Origin: Candidatus Nomurabacteria bacterium RIFCSPLOWO2_01_FULL_33_17
Lineage (GTDB): Bacteria; Patescibacteriota; Minisyncoccia; Phycocordibacterales; UBA9973
NCBI GenBank assembly: GCA_001786995.1
Contig: MFUO01000004.1
Coordinates: 1 to 35,961 of the forward strand
Direction of reading: 5' to 3'
Length of the DNA: 35,961 nt
In this document: in pieces, positions 25,201-31,824 of the stretch
Layout of the letters: the number at the start of each line of letters is the position of its first letter
Numbering within the stretch: position 1 is the stretch's first letter
Made by a program: the position numbers and the translations under genes
Notes under the pieces: generated by a model
Seen by the model: the letters and a program-made list of their open reading frames with translations, nothing else
What the model was told of the DNA's origin: nothing
Databases searched by the model: none

Positions 25201-25828
25201 TACCAGAATCATTTTTTGCGGCTAACCGTACATAATATTTTTTGTATTCTTTGAGGTTTTTTACTTCCTCTTGCATACTACTCATATTATAGTTTTTGCT
25301 TTGGGTTTCTGGTTGAATGATTTTCTTTGTTGCACTCCTGAAAGAATCAGGAGTAATATCGTACTCATACCAAGTCGTGGTGATAAGTCCGTTTGCAAAA
25401 AAGTATCCGTTCACCTGAAACTGATTTGTGTCATTTGTCCAAAGTCCCCATAAATCCACACTAGGAAGTCCAGTTGGTGGTGTGTATAGATAATAGACAC
25501 TACCATAGCTTACCCCATTTGAATTTTTTGCAACCACCATATATTCGTATGATGTTTGTTCGTTGAGGTTTGTAATTGTCTGGCTTATTGTGCCAGAATT
25601 ACTTTTTGTGTAACGTTGGCTTGTGTCAACTTTACTTGACCCACTTTGCCAGTAGATAAAGTAGGATTCACAGGCCGATCCATTTGGGTTTACATACCCA
25701 TTTAAGACTGCGGAATTTCCAAATACACGAGTTGCATCGTATGTATCGACATACGGTGCTTGTGCGTAAGATGTTAGGCTACAGCTAATAATAGCGAGCC
25801 ATGTCATAATCATTTTTTTTGTTTTCAT
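22244..25828 (-). CDS. large secreted protein: ~11 tandem Fn3-like modules plus T9SS (Por) C-terminal sorting domain
   Basis: 1194-aa ORF with signal peptide MKTKKMIMTWLAIISCSLTSYAQAP. It has about 11 modules of roughly 95-100 aa, each ending L.PNTTYYYR..A.N..G...G....F.T. The C-terminus KAYPNPFLEQLTVES...INLDHLPAGVYFIQIYKGSQFIGNQKIVKQ matches the T9SS type A sorting tail pattern. Confidence 0.85.
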   Translation of the reverse strand: MKTKKMIMTWLAIISCSLTSYAQAPYVDTYDATRVFGNSAVLNGYVNPNGSACESYFIYWQSGSSKVDTSQRYTKSNSGTISQTITNLNEQTSYEYMVVAKNSNGVSYGSVYYLYTPPTGLPSVDLWGLWTNDTNQFQVNGYFFANGLITTTWYEYDITPDSFRSATKKIIQPETQSKNYNMSSMQEEVKNLKEYKKYYVRLAAKNDSGTVYSSVGTIITQSGKPPVVITDSATNLSNSTAMLNCRFDGLANCAYSYYEYGQSPKSLNKSTYDSYFQSWNCQYGMFNYSKEIYGLSPNTTYYYRAVSESNRGKSYGEILSFKTEGSYAPEVLTLQASNISYTSADLWGYYNSNGAESTEISFQHGTSIYLGLETSPVSYQKGTDTVKVSIKDIESGAKHYYRLKAKTKFGISYGSLVEFTTDFNFPPTTNTDSAIASSTTQINVFAKFDANRTDTKTWFEYDTLVNKYSMSTSKSSQGKSAGNISETLSGLLPNHTYFIRSGAENVFGIVYGKTIAVTTLNNQQPLVVTDSIDAISSTYAILAGFVDGKKSDTKFVFEWGTSSQTLTNQTPEIKTGKGSSYQLVPIYGLDQYTTYYYRIKATNEWGVTKGQVYKFRTLPNKEAVVKILKIDSITPNSAKITVVIDGRGTISDFALNYGNDLNLREQTDFFTAKKVLDTLTVLLSGLNPDSRYYLAPISRNSFGEIQGNVKELTTLNNKPPTIKLETVCATATTIVFDGYYNSNKTKTNVWVVCKDKNGFTIKTTILDDKIDSGPFSILANDLDANTWYYYQAYAQNSFGIVMTTTDSVLTLGNQKPIVKTLTPIVHDTYAILFAEVDGQGTNTNIEFVYGTDPSELYKITGKFNSGSYKKTVQGIMYGLKPNTTYFFYVSAENTWGIEKSEIMSFRTLDFTPQKEKVFLKILSIEVTADIHYAVLKASISSKDELASYWTTYGDGQKSSVEMFYDSGIRIVTIVLTNLWANSTQSCLFYLQNVNGKDSMLVEFKTKNNQTPNVKTLKITQVDDSTLLFEGKYNANGSAPIRYYFEYSTDLSFSKRSPIYFSKNDSDVVYSMVSCNYGETYYTRLVCENEIGITQGNILSLKTKEKDVTGINDVSINPDQVAIKAYPNPFLEQLTVESKEGDLVVFINIQGVVVHKTLIQNDVEQINLDHLPAGVYFIQIYKGSQFIGNQKIVKQ

Positions 25829-25992
25829 TTTTTTGTTTTTTGTTTTTTTAAGTTTTAGAAAATTTTTATTTAAAGAAATTTAATTGTTAGTTAATTCAAT
25901 AAAAAAGACGAATTTGCATCCGTTTTATAGAACTAACTAACCCCTAAAAAGCAAAAAATCTGCCTGTCAAAGAACACTGTAGATTGGTGTAT

Positions 25993-26021
25993 ATACTATC
26001 ACAAATAGCCCTATTTGTCAA
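25993..26021 (-). promoter_or_regulatory. sigma70-like promoter TTGACA-17-TAGTAT facing the Fn3-repeat gene
   Basis: The minus strand reads ttgacaaatagggctatttgtgatagtat. It overlaps the palindrome acaaatag-cc-ctatttgt (26001-26018). Confidence 0.45.
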
Positions 26022-26029
26022 TGGCTATA

Positions 26030-26057
26030 TTGCAATCCCCTTTTTATGTGATATAGT
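26030..26057 (+). promoter_or_regulatory. candidate promoter TTGCAA-16-TATAGT for the 26083 gene
   Basis: Read on the plus strand, 26 nt upstream of the ATG. Confidence 0.4.
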
Positions 26058-26082
26058 ATAAGAAACCTAAAAATCTGACGCT

Positions 26083-26610
26083 ATGAAAAACAATGACTAC
26101 TTCAACCTATTAAAAATAGGTCTAATTGTAAAAATTATTGCATTGGCACTAACTGTGATTTTATTAATCCTAGTGATAGGAAGCAAATCTGCCTTTGGGC
26201 AAACAAAACCCCAAAACAAAATCAAGAAAAAGGCTGAAAAACAAGTAGAGTTTGTTTTAAACTACGAGTTGCAGTTTGATTCAATAACAGTAGTAATCCC
26301 ATGGATCCGCCTACAAGAGAATCAAGAAATCAGCTCTCTATCTTGGATATTAAAAGAGTATTTACAAAAATCTGGTGATACCTTGTGGTTGGAAATTCCC
26401 AAAGGGTACACCCCCTTCTCAAGAGAATATCCTGATAATAAAAGCCTTATAAATACCGCAATGGTTGAAATAAGGCAAGGTTATTCTCCCGGATTTAAAA
26501 AGGAAGACGAAGAGATATTTTATATCCCGGAGTCTGAGATTATAGGGAACCGATTCCCTATTTGCACAAATACAAAAAAGGAAAGACTGTATATATACAT
26601 CTACTTATAG
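26083..26610 (+). CDS. membrane-anchored hypothetical protein
   Basis: 175-aa ORF with one N-terminal TM/signal anchor (IIALALTVILLILVIGS). No motifs recognised. It is followed by a terminator. Confidence 0.5.
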   Translation: MKNNDYFNLLKIGLIVKIIALALTVILLILVIGSKSAFGQTKPQNKIKKKAEKQVEFVLNYELQFDSITVVIPWIRLQENQEISSLSWILKEYLQKSGDTLWLEIPKGYTPFSREYPDNKSLINTAMVEIRQGYSPGFKKEDEEIFYIPESEIIGNRFPICTNTKKERLYIYIYL

Positions 26611-26634
26611 ATTGTTGGGTTCAAACCCAATAAG

Positions 26635-26660
26635 GCGTGTCTTAAAAGATGCGCTTTTTT
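26635..26660 (+). terminator. intrinsic terminator
   Basis: gcgtgtc-ttaaaa-gatgcgc (with G-U pairs) followed by tttttt. Confidence 0.55.
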
Positions 26661-26728
26661 ATTTGCAATTATGAATTTATTTAAAAACTTACCCTAAAAA
26701 ACATTTAAAATTGGGCTTATTTTAGCCC

Positions 26729-26757
26729 TTGACAAATCCATCCGAATTTGCTATACT
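26729..26757 (+). promoter_or_regulatory. near-consensus sigma70 promoter TTGACA-17-TATACT
   Basis: The -35 ttgaca is at 26729-26734 and the -10 tatact at 26752-26757, with an exact 17-nt spacer. This is the best promoter match in the window. Confidence 0.6.
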
Positions 26758-27160
26758 GTCCCCAAGATGCAACAACACCGATGAGACGGATTTGGATGCA
26801 GGAAAATTCCTGGTAAACATCCCCCGTCCGTGGCTTATGCATCAACGCCGAGATGGTCAGGTATGGGGAAAGACCCCACTTAAATGCCTAGATCGTCAAT
26901 TTAGTTCTTTTATTACATATGTAATTTAAATATAAACCAAATAGAAAGGTTTGTAAGTAAATGACATAATTGATTCTTGAGTCAGAGTTATAAGAATCAT
27001 AAATAGAAGAACGTAAGTTTTGTAAACTCCTCTTTTTATTTTTTAGGAAATGACCGCAGGCAAATGATATCGAAAGATAAACGCAACCGCCACCGGATAA
27101 TCCAAAATAAAAAGAGCATAACCACAAAAACTATAATTTACTCTGAAGTTATAGGGTTAT

Positions 27161-27184
27161 GATAAAGAAAGCCCATTAACGGGC
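27161..27184 (-). terminator. possible terminator of the SIMPL gene
   Basis: The minus strand reads gcccgttaatgggc followed by tttctttatc. Confidence 0.35.
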
Positions 27185-27190
27185 ACAGAT

Positions 27191-27225
27191 GCGGCAGCCA
27201 ATTGGTTGCCGCTTTTTTATTTTTT
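27191..27225 (+). terminator. intrinsic terminator (plus strand)
   Basis: gcggcagcc-aatt-ggttgccgc followed by ttttttatttttt. Confidence 0.7.
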
Positions 27226-27227
27226 AT

Positions 27228-28019
27228 TTACCTTATTTCGTAAGTTATCGAAACATTTGATGTATATTTATTTTCACCCATTGGAATTTCTGGAATTATA
27301 GATTTTTCCATAGCACCATCGCGCATCATAGTTGCGCCACCGTACATTGGATATATTCCCCCACCATTATTTTCTGAAAAATTTTGAATTTTTACAAGTC
27401 TTACACCAAGTTGAGCGGACAATGTTCGCGCTTTAGATTTTGCATCTCCAATTGCATCAGTGCGAGCTTTGTTTCTTGCTTCATCTTCGTTTGCTAATGT
27501 AAATTCTGGGCCTGATACATTTGTTGCACCCCATTCGGTCAATTTACCAGCAACTTCCCCTGCAAGATCAATGTCTTTAATTTTCACACTGACGGTTTGG
27601 TTAAAAGTATAACCAACAGCTACATTTTTACCATCGGGTTGTGGACATGGTGCACGAACACAATATATTGTTTGTTGTTGCCATTCGTATTTTGGATTTA
27701 GAGAAAAATTAATTGTTTTTAAATCTTTATCATCCATATCATAATCTTTCTTTAATTTAGCCAAAATATTATTCATGACTTCACTACCTGCATCTTTGGC
27801 TTGTTTTTGAGTAATGGCATCCTTCTCTACAGTAAAAGTAAACAACGCTGTATCGGGTATTGCAAAATATTCACCAGTACCATCTACGGTAATAGTTGCA
27901 ACTGGCTTGTTTTCATCATTACGATTAAAAGCACCATAAGCATTAGCTAGGAAAAATATAGACAAACAAACACTGGTAATAATGATAAGATTTGTCAAAA
28001 GCTTTTTATTTTCAAACAT
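27228..28019 (-). CDS. SIMPL-domain (DUF541) protein
   Basis: Has an N-terminal TM anchor and a typical SIMPL layout ending ...YTSNVSITYEIR. The ATG at 28019 (MFENKKLL...) is preferred. The track's GTG at 28061 lies in the GC-rich repeat. Confidence 0.75.
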   Translation of the reverse strand: MFENKKLLTNLIIITSVCLSIFFLANAYGAFNRNDENKPVATITVDGTGEYFAIPDTALFTFTVEKDAITQKQAKDAGSEVMNNILAKLKKDYDMDDKDLKTINFSLNPKYEWQQQTIYCVRAPCPQPDGKNVAVGYTFNQTVSVKIKDIDLAGEVAGKLTEWGATNVSGPEFTLANEDEARNKARTDAIGDAKSKARTLSAQLGVRLVKIQNFSENNGGGIYPMYGGATMMRDGAMEKSIIPEIPMGENKYTSNVSITYEIR

Positions 28020-28075
28020 AAATTTATATATTAAGAGTAATACAGCTATTATAGCACACACCCCCTCTTAAATCT

Positions 28076-28091
28076 CCCCCTTAGCAGGGGG
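28076..28091. repeat. GC-rich hairpin repeat (ccccc-ttagca-ggggg)
   Basis: It is preceded by cacacaccccctc, giving the same organisation as the other family members. Confidence 0.6.
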
Positions 28092-28180
28092 CGAAACAGC
28101 GAAGCAAAATTGTCTTTTTGAAAATGTCTGGTGAGCCAACCCGAGGACTTTTTAAAAAGATTATTTTGCGTAGCTGATTT

Positions 28181-28864
28181 TTATGCTATTTTATTCGTTA
28201 TATCAGAAACAATTTTGCCATCTACCAAAAAAATAGTCCTGTCAGACATATGGGCATATTCAACTTCGTGCGTAACCATAATAATGGTTTGACCTTCATG
28301 ATTTAGCTTTAAAAACAAATCAATGATATTTTTTGAAGTCTCTGTATCTAAATTAGCTGTTGGCTCATCAGCAAAAAGAACTTTCGGATTATGTGATATT
28401 GCCCGGGCAATGGAGACTCGTTGCTGTTGCCCTCCGGAAAGTTGACTAGGTAAATTATGCATTCTATCTTCCAATCCAACTTTAGTTAAAGCTTCAATTG
28501 TCTTGTTTTCTGCTTGCTTGTCATCCAGACCCAACATTAACAATGGGACCATGACATTTTCAAATGCAGTTAATGATGGCAATATTGCGTAATCCTGAAA
28601 TATATAACCAAGATTTTTTAATCGCATACTACTTTTTTGATTTTCATCTAAAGATTCGGTATTAATATCATCAATTATAATTTGACCATCAGTTGGTGTA
28701 TCTAATAATCCTAATTGATAAAGTAATGTTGATTTACCACTACCTGACTTTCCAGAAACTGTTAAAAACTGACCATCTGGAATAGTAAAAGACACATCAT
28801 CGAGTGCTCGAATTGGTGAATCACCATTCTCAAAAATTTTAGCTAAATTTTTTATTTGTATCAT
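28181..28864 (-). CDS. ABC transporter ATP-binding protein (MacB/LolD-like)
   Basis: 227-aa ORF with Walker [10 protein letters not shown], signature LSGGQQQR and Walker B LFADEPT. Confidence 0.9.
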   Translation of the reverse strand: MIQIKNLAKIFENGDSPIRALDDVSFTIPDGQFLTVSGKSGSGKSTLLYQLGLLDTPTDGQIIIDDINTESLDENQKSSMRLKNLGYIFQDYAILPSLTAFENVMVPLLMLGLDDKQAENKTIEALTKVGLEDRMHNLPSQLSGGQQQRVSIARAISHNPKVLFADEPTANLDTETSKNIIDLFLKLNHEGQTIIMVTHEVEYAHMSDRTIFLVDGKIVSDITNKIA

Positions 28865-28965
28865 CCTCCTAAACTTTTCACTTATATAAGTTATTTATTT
28901 TTGTGAAAAGTATTTTAATTTATTAAATAATAATTAAGACCTAATTTAAAAAAGTTTCGGCGGAT
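28863..28965 (-). repeat. ~100-nt structured intergenic cassette, copy D (between FtsX permease and ABC ATPase)
   Basis: Terminal inverted repeats are atcctcctaaactttt (28863-28878) and aaaagtttcggcggat (28950-28965). AGGAGG lies flush against the ATPase ATG. Confidence 0.85.
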
Positions 28966-28973
28966 AAATTCTC

Positions 28974-30251
28974 TTACCGGCCTAATATGGCACTTAATGT
29001 ATTTTGCTTTACGACTATTCGAGCTGGTATAAAGCCGGCAATAACTGTTGTGATCATTAATAACAAAACTCGATATAATGTACCCGATAGTGTTGCAACT
29101 AAAATACCGTCAGAAAAAGGAAAATCAATAGGATGCGCAATAAAAGCTGGTTTGATAAAAGCAAAAACCAAAATCATACCAATAATTGAGCCTAAAATAG
29201 CATAAAATAAAGATTGATAAATATAAGAAATTATAATAGCTCGTCTTGTTATACCAATACCTTTTAATATCCCAATATAACGACGGCGTGTAATAGCATT
29301 TACAAAAATAACAATAAATATAGTAATCGATGCCACGACAAGCCCAATAGACGATATTGCATTACCAAGTATCGCAAAAGTTTTTTGTATATCTTTTAAA
29401 AATTTAGGTTGAGCTTCGATAGATGTTTGAATACGAGCATAACCACCAATACCAGACGACACAAGTGCATTCTTAGCTAAATCTTCGTCAATACCATCTT
29501 GCAAATCAATTGCAATTTCATTATAGGTAATAAGACTTGTACCCATCATTTTTCGAAGCTCGGACTGATTCATAAATACACGCGAATCAACTTCGTTAAC
29601 TTTGGCTTTTATTGTCCCACGAACTATAAATTCTTTTTGAGTATCACCAATAGTGATAAGAACACTGTCTCCAATAGACACACGCTTCAAAGCGGTAAAC
29701 CCAGGAAATTCAATTGGTGTTTCTTCATTATAAATTAAACTATCACCTATCAAAATCCCATCTGGGTCATCAGACGACAAATATGTGCCTGTTTTGATTG
29801 CTGTTTTAAGATTCGTAACTAAATCTTCTTGCTCGGGAATTATACCAACCAATCCAGCCCCAACTGCATTTGGTAATTCATCTTTCAAAAGTGTTTTTCG
29901 AAATTCGGCAGTTACCCGCCCAGAACTTGTAATTCGCGCAGTATAATTTGCGAGTCCTGGAGTATTTTCTACAACTTTTACAACTTCAACACTTTGGTCA
30001 ATATAATCGCGATTTAAAAATGAACTGATAAAAATATCGCCAGTGTTTCGAGCTTTGTTGGCTTGAACCGAGCCTTCAATCAAACCAACTAAAATTCCAG
30101 AAACCACGACTAAATTTAAAAAAGTAAAAATCATAACAAACACAATTAAAATTGTTGTCCATTTATTGGCTCGTTTGATATCACGTTTGGCTAAAAATAA
30201 TCCAACCCGAGCGTCATTTTTTATAATTTTTAAAATTTTTTCTTTAAACAT
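28974..30251 (-). CDS. ABC transporter permease, MacB-type (periplasmic domain plus FtsX 4-TM)
   Basis: 425-aa ORF with an N-terminal TM helix, a large extracytoplasmic domain and a C-terminal FtsX-like helical bundle (GILKGIGITRRAII). Confidence 0.85.
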   Translation of the reverse strand: MFKEKILKIIKNDARVGLFLAKRDIKRANKWTTILIVFVMIFTFLNLVVVSGILVGLIEGSVQANKARNTGDIFISSFLNRDYIDQSVEVVKVVENTPGLANYTARITSSGRVTAEFRKTLLKDELPNAVGAGLVGIIPEQEDLVTNLKTAIKTGTYLSSDDPDGILIGDSLIYNEETPIEFPGFTALKRVSIGDSVLITIGDTQKEFIVRGTIKAKVNEVDSRVFMNQSELRKMMGTSLITYNEIAIDLQDGIDEDLAKNALVSSGIGGYARIQTSIEAQPKFLKDIQKTFAILGNAISSIGLVVASITIFIVIFVNAITRRRYIGILKGIGITRRAIIISYIYQSLFYAILGSIIGMILVFAFIKPAFIAHPIDFPFSDGILVATLSGTLYRVLLLMITTVIAGFIPARIVVKQNTLSAILGR

Positions 30252-31813
30252 TATTTTGTTTTAAACAAAACCATTTCGCTACCTGTAAGCCCACTTGTAA
30301 TTTCAGTCATTGCCCCATCACCAGTAAAACCAACAGTTACTGGTAGTTTTTTAGTTTTGGCCTTTTTCTCATTTGTAACAAATAAAATATATTTAGTTCC
30401 ATCTTCATTTGTGTATATTGCTCTGTTTGGAATTACTACAATATTTTCTTTTTCTTGTATTAGAATAGAAAGATTTGCAGTTGAACCAATTTTAATTTGA
30501 TCTTGTCCTGTTAAAATATTGGCTTTGATTTTATAATTAACAATATTACCATCTTTTGTTGGGGAACCATCTATATGTGTAACTTCTGCTATAAATGTTT
30601 GATTATTCCCAAGTGTATCAACTGTAAAACTAACAACTTGTCCGGGTTTAATAAGATCAATATCGGCTTCATTTATATTGGCTTCTAAAAACAAACCACC
30701 TCGTTCTTCTAAAACTATAGCTATCTTTTTAGATTCAATGTTTTCACCAATGCGCAAATCTTGCCTTGTTATATAACCATTAATTGGTGCGCGAATTATT
30801 TTTTCTTCATACGCACCAAGAGCCGATTGAACCCGACCTTGAGCTGTCAAAACATCAGCTTCTCGAGCTAAAACATCGCTGGGGCGGGCTTTGGCTTTTT
30901 TTAAATCTAAATTAGCTTGTGCATTATCAATAGTTGCTTGGGCAGTTTCCAAGGCTGAAAATCGTGTATCTTCCGCACTTTTTAAACTACTTAAATTAGT
31001 ATTGTAATTAACGCTTGTAGTATTTGGAATTTTTATCTTCCAACTTTCATTATAAGTCGTGGAGCTCGTTGAAAATTGTATATAAAGACCTTTGTCCCCC
31101 AATGCTATCGGAGTATTTGTAGAAACTGGGAAAGACCCACCTTGCCCTGTTAGGCTAGAGTACGATGCGTATTGTCCGGAACCTGTCGAATAAATATTGA
31201 TATTATATTCATCTTCAATATCAGCTGTATACGTTCCACTAATTGTTGGAGCAGTTGTATTAGAACTTGCCATATTTGAAACAGCTAAAAGCGAATTAGA
31301 ATATAAATTTGCCCGTGCATTTTTTACCAAAGTATTTTGTAATTTCTCGGTACTACTATATGCGCGTTTTGCATTTTCAAGAGTAACTTCAGCAACACGA
31401 ACTTCTTCAGAAGTATTTCCTTCTAAAGTACGAGCAAGTGCAGCCTGTGCAGATTTTAAAGCACCATATGCTTGGTTAAGTGCCCCAAGTTCAGACCCGG
31501 CATTTAATGATGCTAGAACCTGACCTTTGTATACATATTGCCCTAAAAATGTATTGACATTTGATACCACCCCTGAATTATTAAATGATAATTCTAAATT
31601 AACACTGGAAGTGACATTTCCAGTGGCTTTTACGGTTTTTTGAAGATTTTGTATTTTAGCAATTTCAACAATTTCTGTCTTTGGATTAAATCCGTTAGGT
31701 ACGATTTTAGATATAATTATCAGTAAAATAACTAATCCCAAAATACTCCATTTCCAATTTTTCCGTAAAAATACCCATTTAGATTTTATTAATGTGGATA
31801 TTTTTTCTTTCAT
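30251..31813 (-). CDS. HlyD/MacA-like periplasmic adaptor (membrane fusion protein)
   Basis: 520-aa ORF with an N-terminal anchor, a lipoyl-like segment (GQYVYKGQVLASL), a long Ala/Gln-rich coiled coil and a beta-barrel end. Its stop overlaps the permease ATG (TAATG). Confidence 0.8.
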   Translation of the reverse strand: MKEKISTLIKSKWVFLRKNWKWSILGLVILLIIISKIVPNGFNPKTEIVEIAKIQNLQKTVKATGNVTSSVNLELSFNNSGVVSNVNTFLGQYVYKGQVLASLNAGSELGALNQAYGALKSAQAALARTLEGNTSEEVRVAEVTLENAKRAYSSTEKLQNTLVKNARANLYSNSLLAVSNMASSNTTAPTISGTYTADIEDEYNINIYSTGSGQYASYSSLTGQGGSFPVSTNTPIALGDKGLYIQFSTSSTTYNESWKIKIPNTTSVNYNTNLSSLKSAEDTRFSALETAQATIDNAQANLDLKKAKARPSDVLAREADVLTAQGRVQSALGAYEEKIIRAPINGYITRQDLRIGENIESKKIAIVLEERGGLFLEANINEADIDLIKPGQVVSFTVDTLGNNQTFIAEVTHIDGSPTKDGNIVNYKIKANILTGQDQIKIGSTANLSILIQEKENIVVIPNRAIYTNEDGTKYILFVTNEKKAKTKKLPVTVGFTGDGAMTEITSGLTGSEMVLFKTK

Positions 31814-31824
31814 ATTATTTTTAT

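Larger units (their letters stand above)
26764..27225 (+). ncRNA. candidate structured non-coding RNA(s), class unknown
   Basis: The span is bounded by the promoter above and an intrinsic terminator (27191-27225). It has no credible ORF. 26766-26880 is about 50% GC in a roughly 30% GC genome. 26766-26843 folds into four nested helices totalling 20 bp, followed by a tgggg/cccca hairpin at 26864-26878. Confidence 0.35.

Noticed and set aside
25811-25850. Homopolymer tracts at the 5' end of the Fn3 giant (A8 within codons 3-5; A6/A7 runs just upstream) as a phase-variation switch
   Set aside because: A/T homopolymers of this length are common throughout this AT-rich sequence. Without population or read-level length variation there is no evidence for slippage.
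26303-26315. atccgcctac inside the 26083 gene resembling the cassette arm atccgcctaaactttt
   Set aside because: Only 9-10 nt match, and there is no partner arm or internal hairpin. It is probably coincidence.
26615-26630. tRNA T-arm-like ttggg-ttcaaac-cccaa hairpin
   Set aside because: There is no matching acceptor 5' strand, D-arm or anticodon arm upstream. It overlaps the end of the 26083 CDS. It is probably just part of the terminator region.
26778-26785. Hammerhead-like CCGAUGAG next to a gacgg/ccgtc helix
   Set aside because: The conserved U of CUGAUGA is replaced, and no GAAA follows the stem II equivalent.
26729-26929. 66-aa plus-strand ORF (MTNPSEF...)
   Set aside because: Its start is the TTG of the -35 hexamer, so it would begin upstream of the predicted transcription start. 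The region looks like structured RNA.
27060-27080. tmRNA-like tag reading frame (gca aat gat atc gaa aga taa = ANDIER*)
   Set aside because: There is no tRNA-like 5'/3' ends (GGGG...UUCGA...CCA) anywhere in the locus, and the tag lacks the usual hydrophobic (L)AA end.
27046-27110. Resemblance to a c-di-GMP-I (GEMM-I) riboswitch (gcaggcaaa..atcgaaagat..aacgcaaccgccaccgg)
   Set aside because: Only the first hairpin, the GCAAA and the ACGCAA-like strings are present. I could not find the second hairpin or the closing CCGG pairing, and no plus-strand gene lies downstream. Only a cmsearch with RF01051 could revive it.
26888-27127. 79-aa minus-strand ORF
   Set aside because: It has no start context, lies antisense to the promoter-terminator unit, and has an odd composition (GGGC, Cys/Tyr/Ser-rich).
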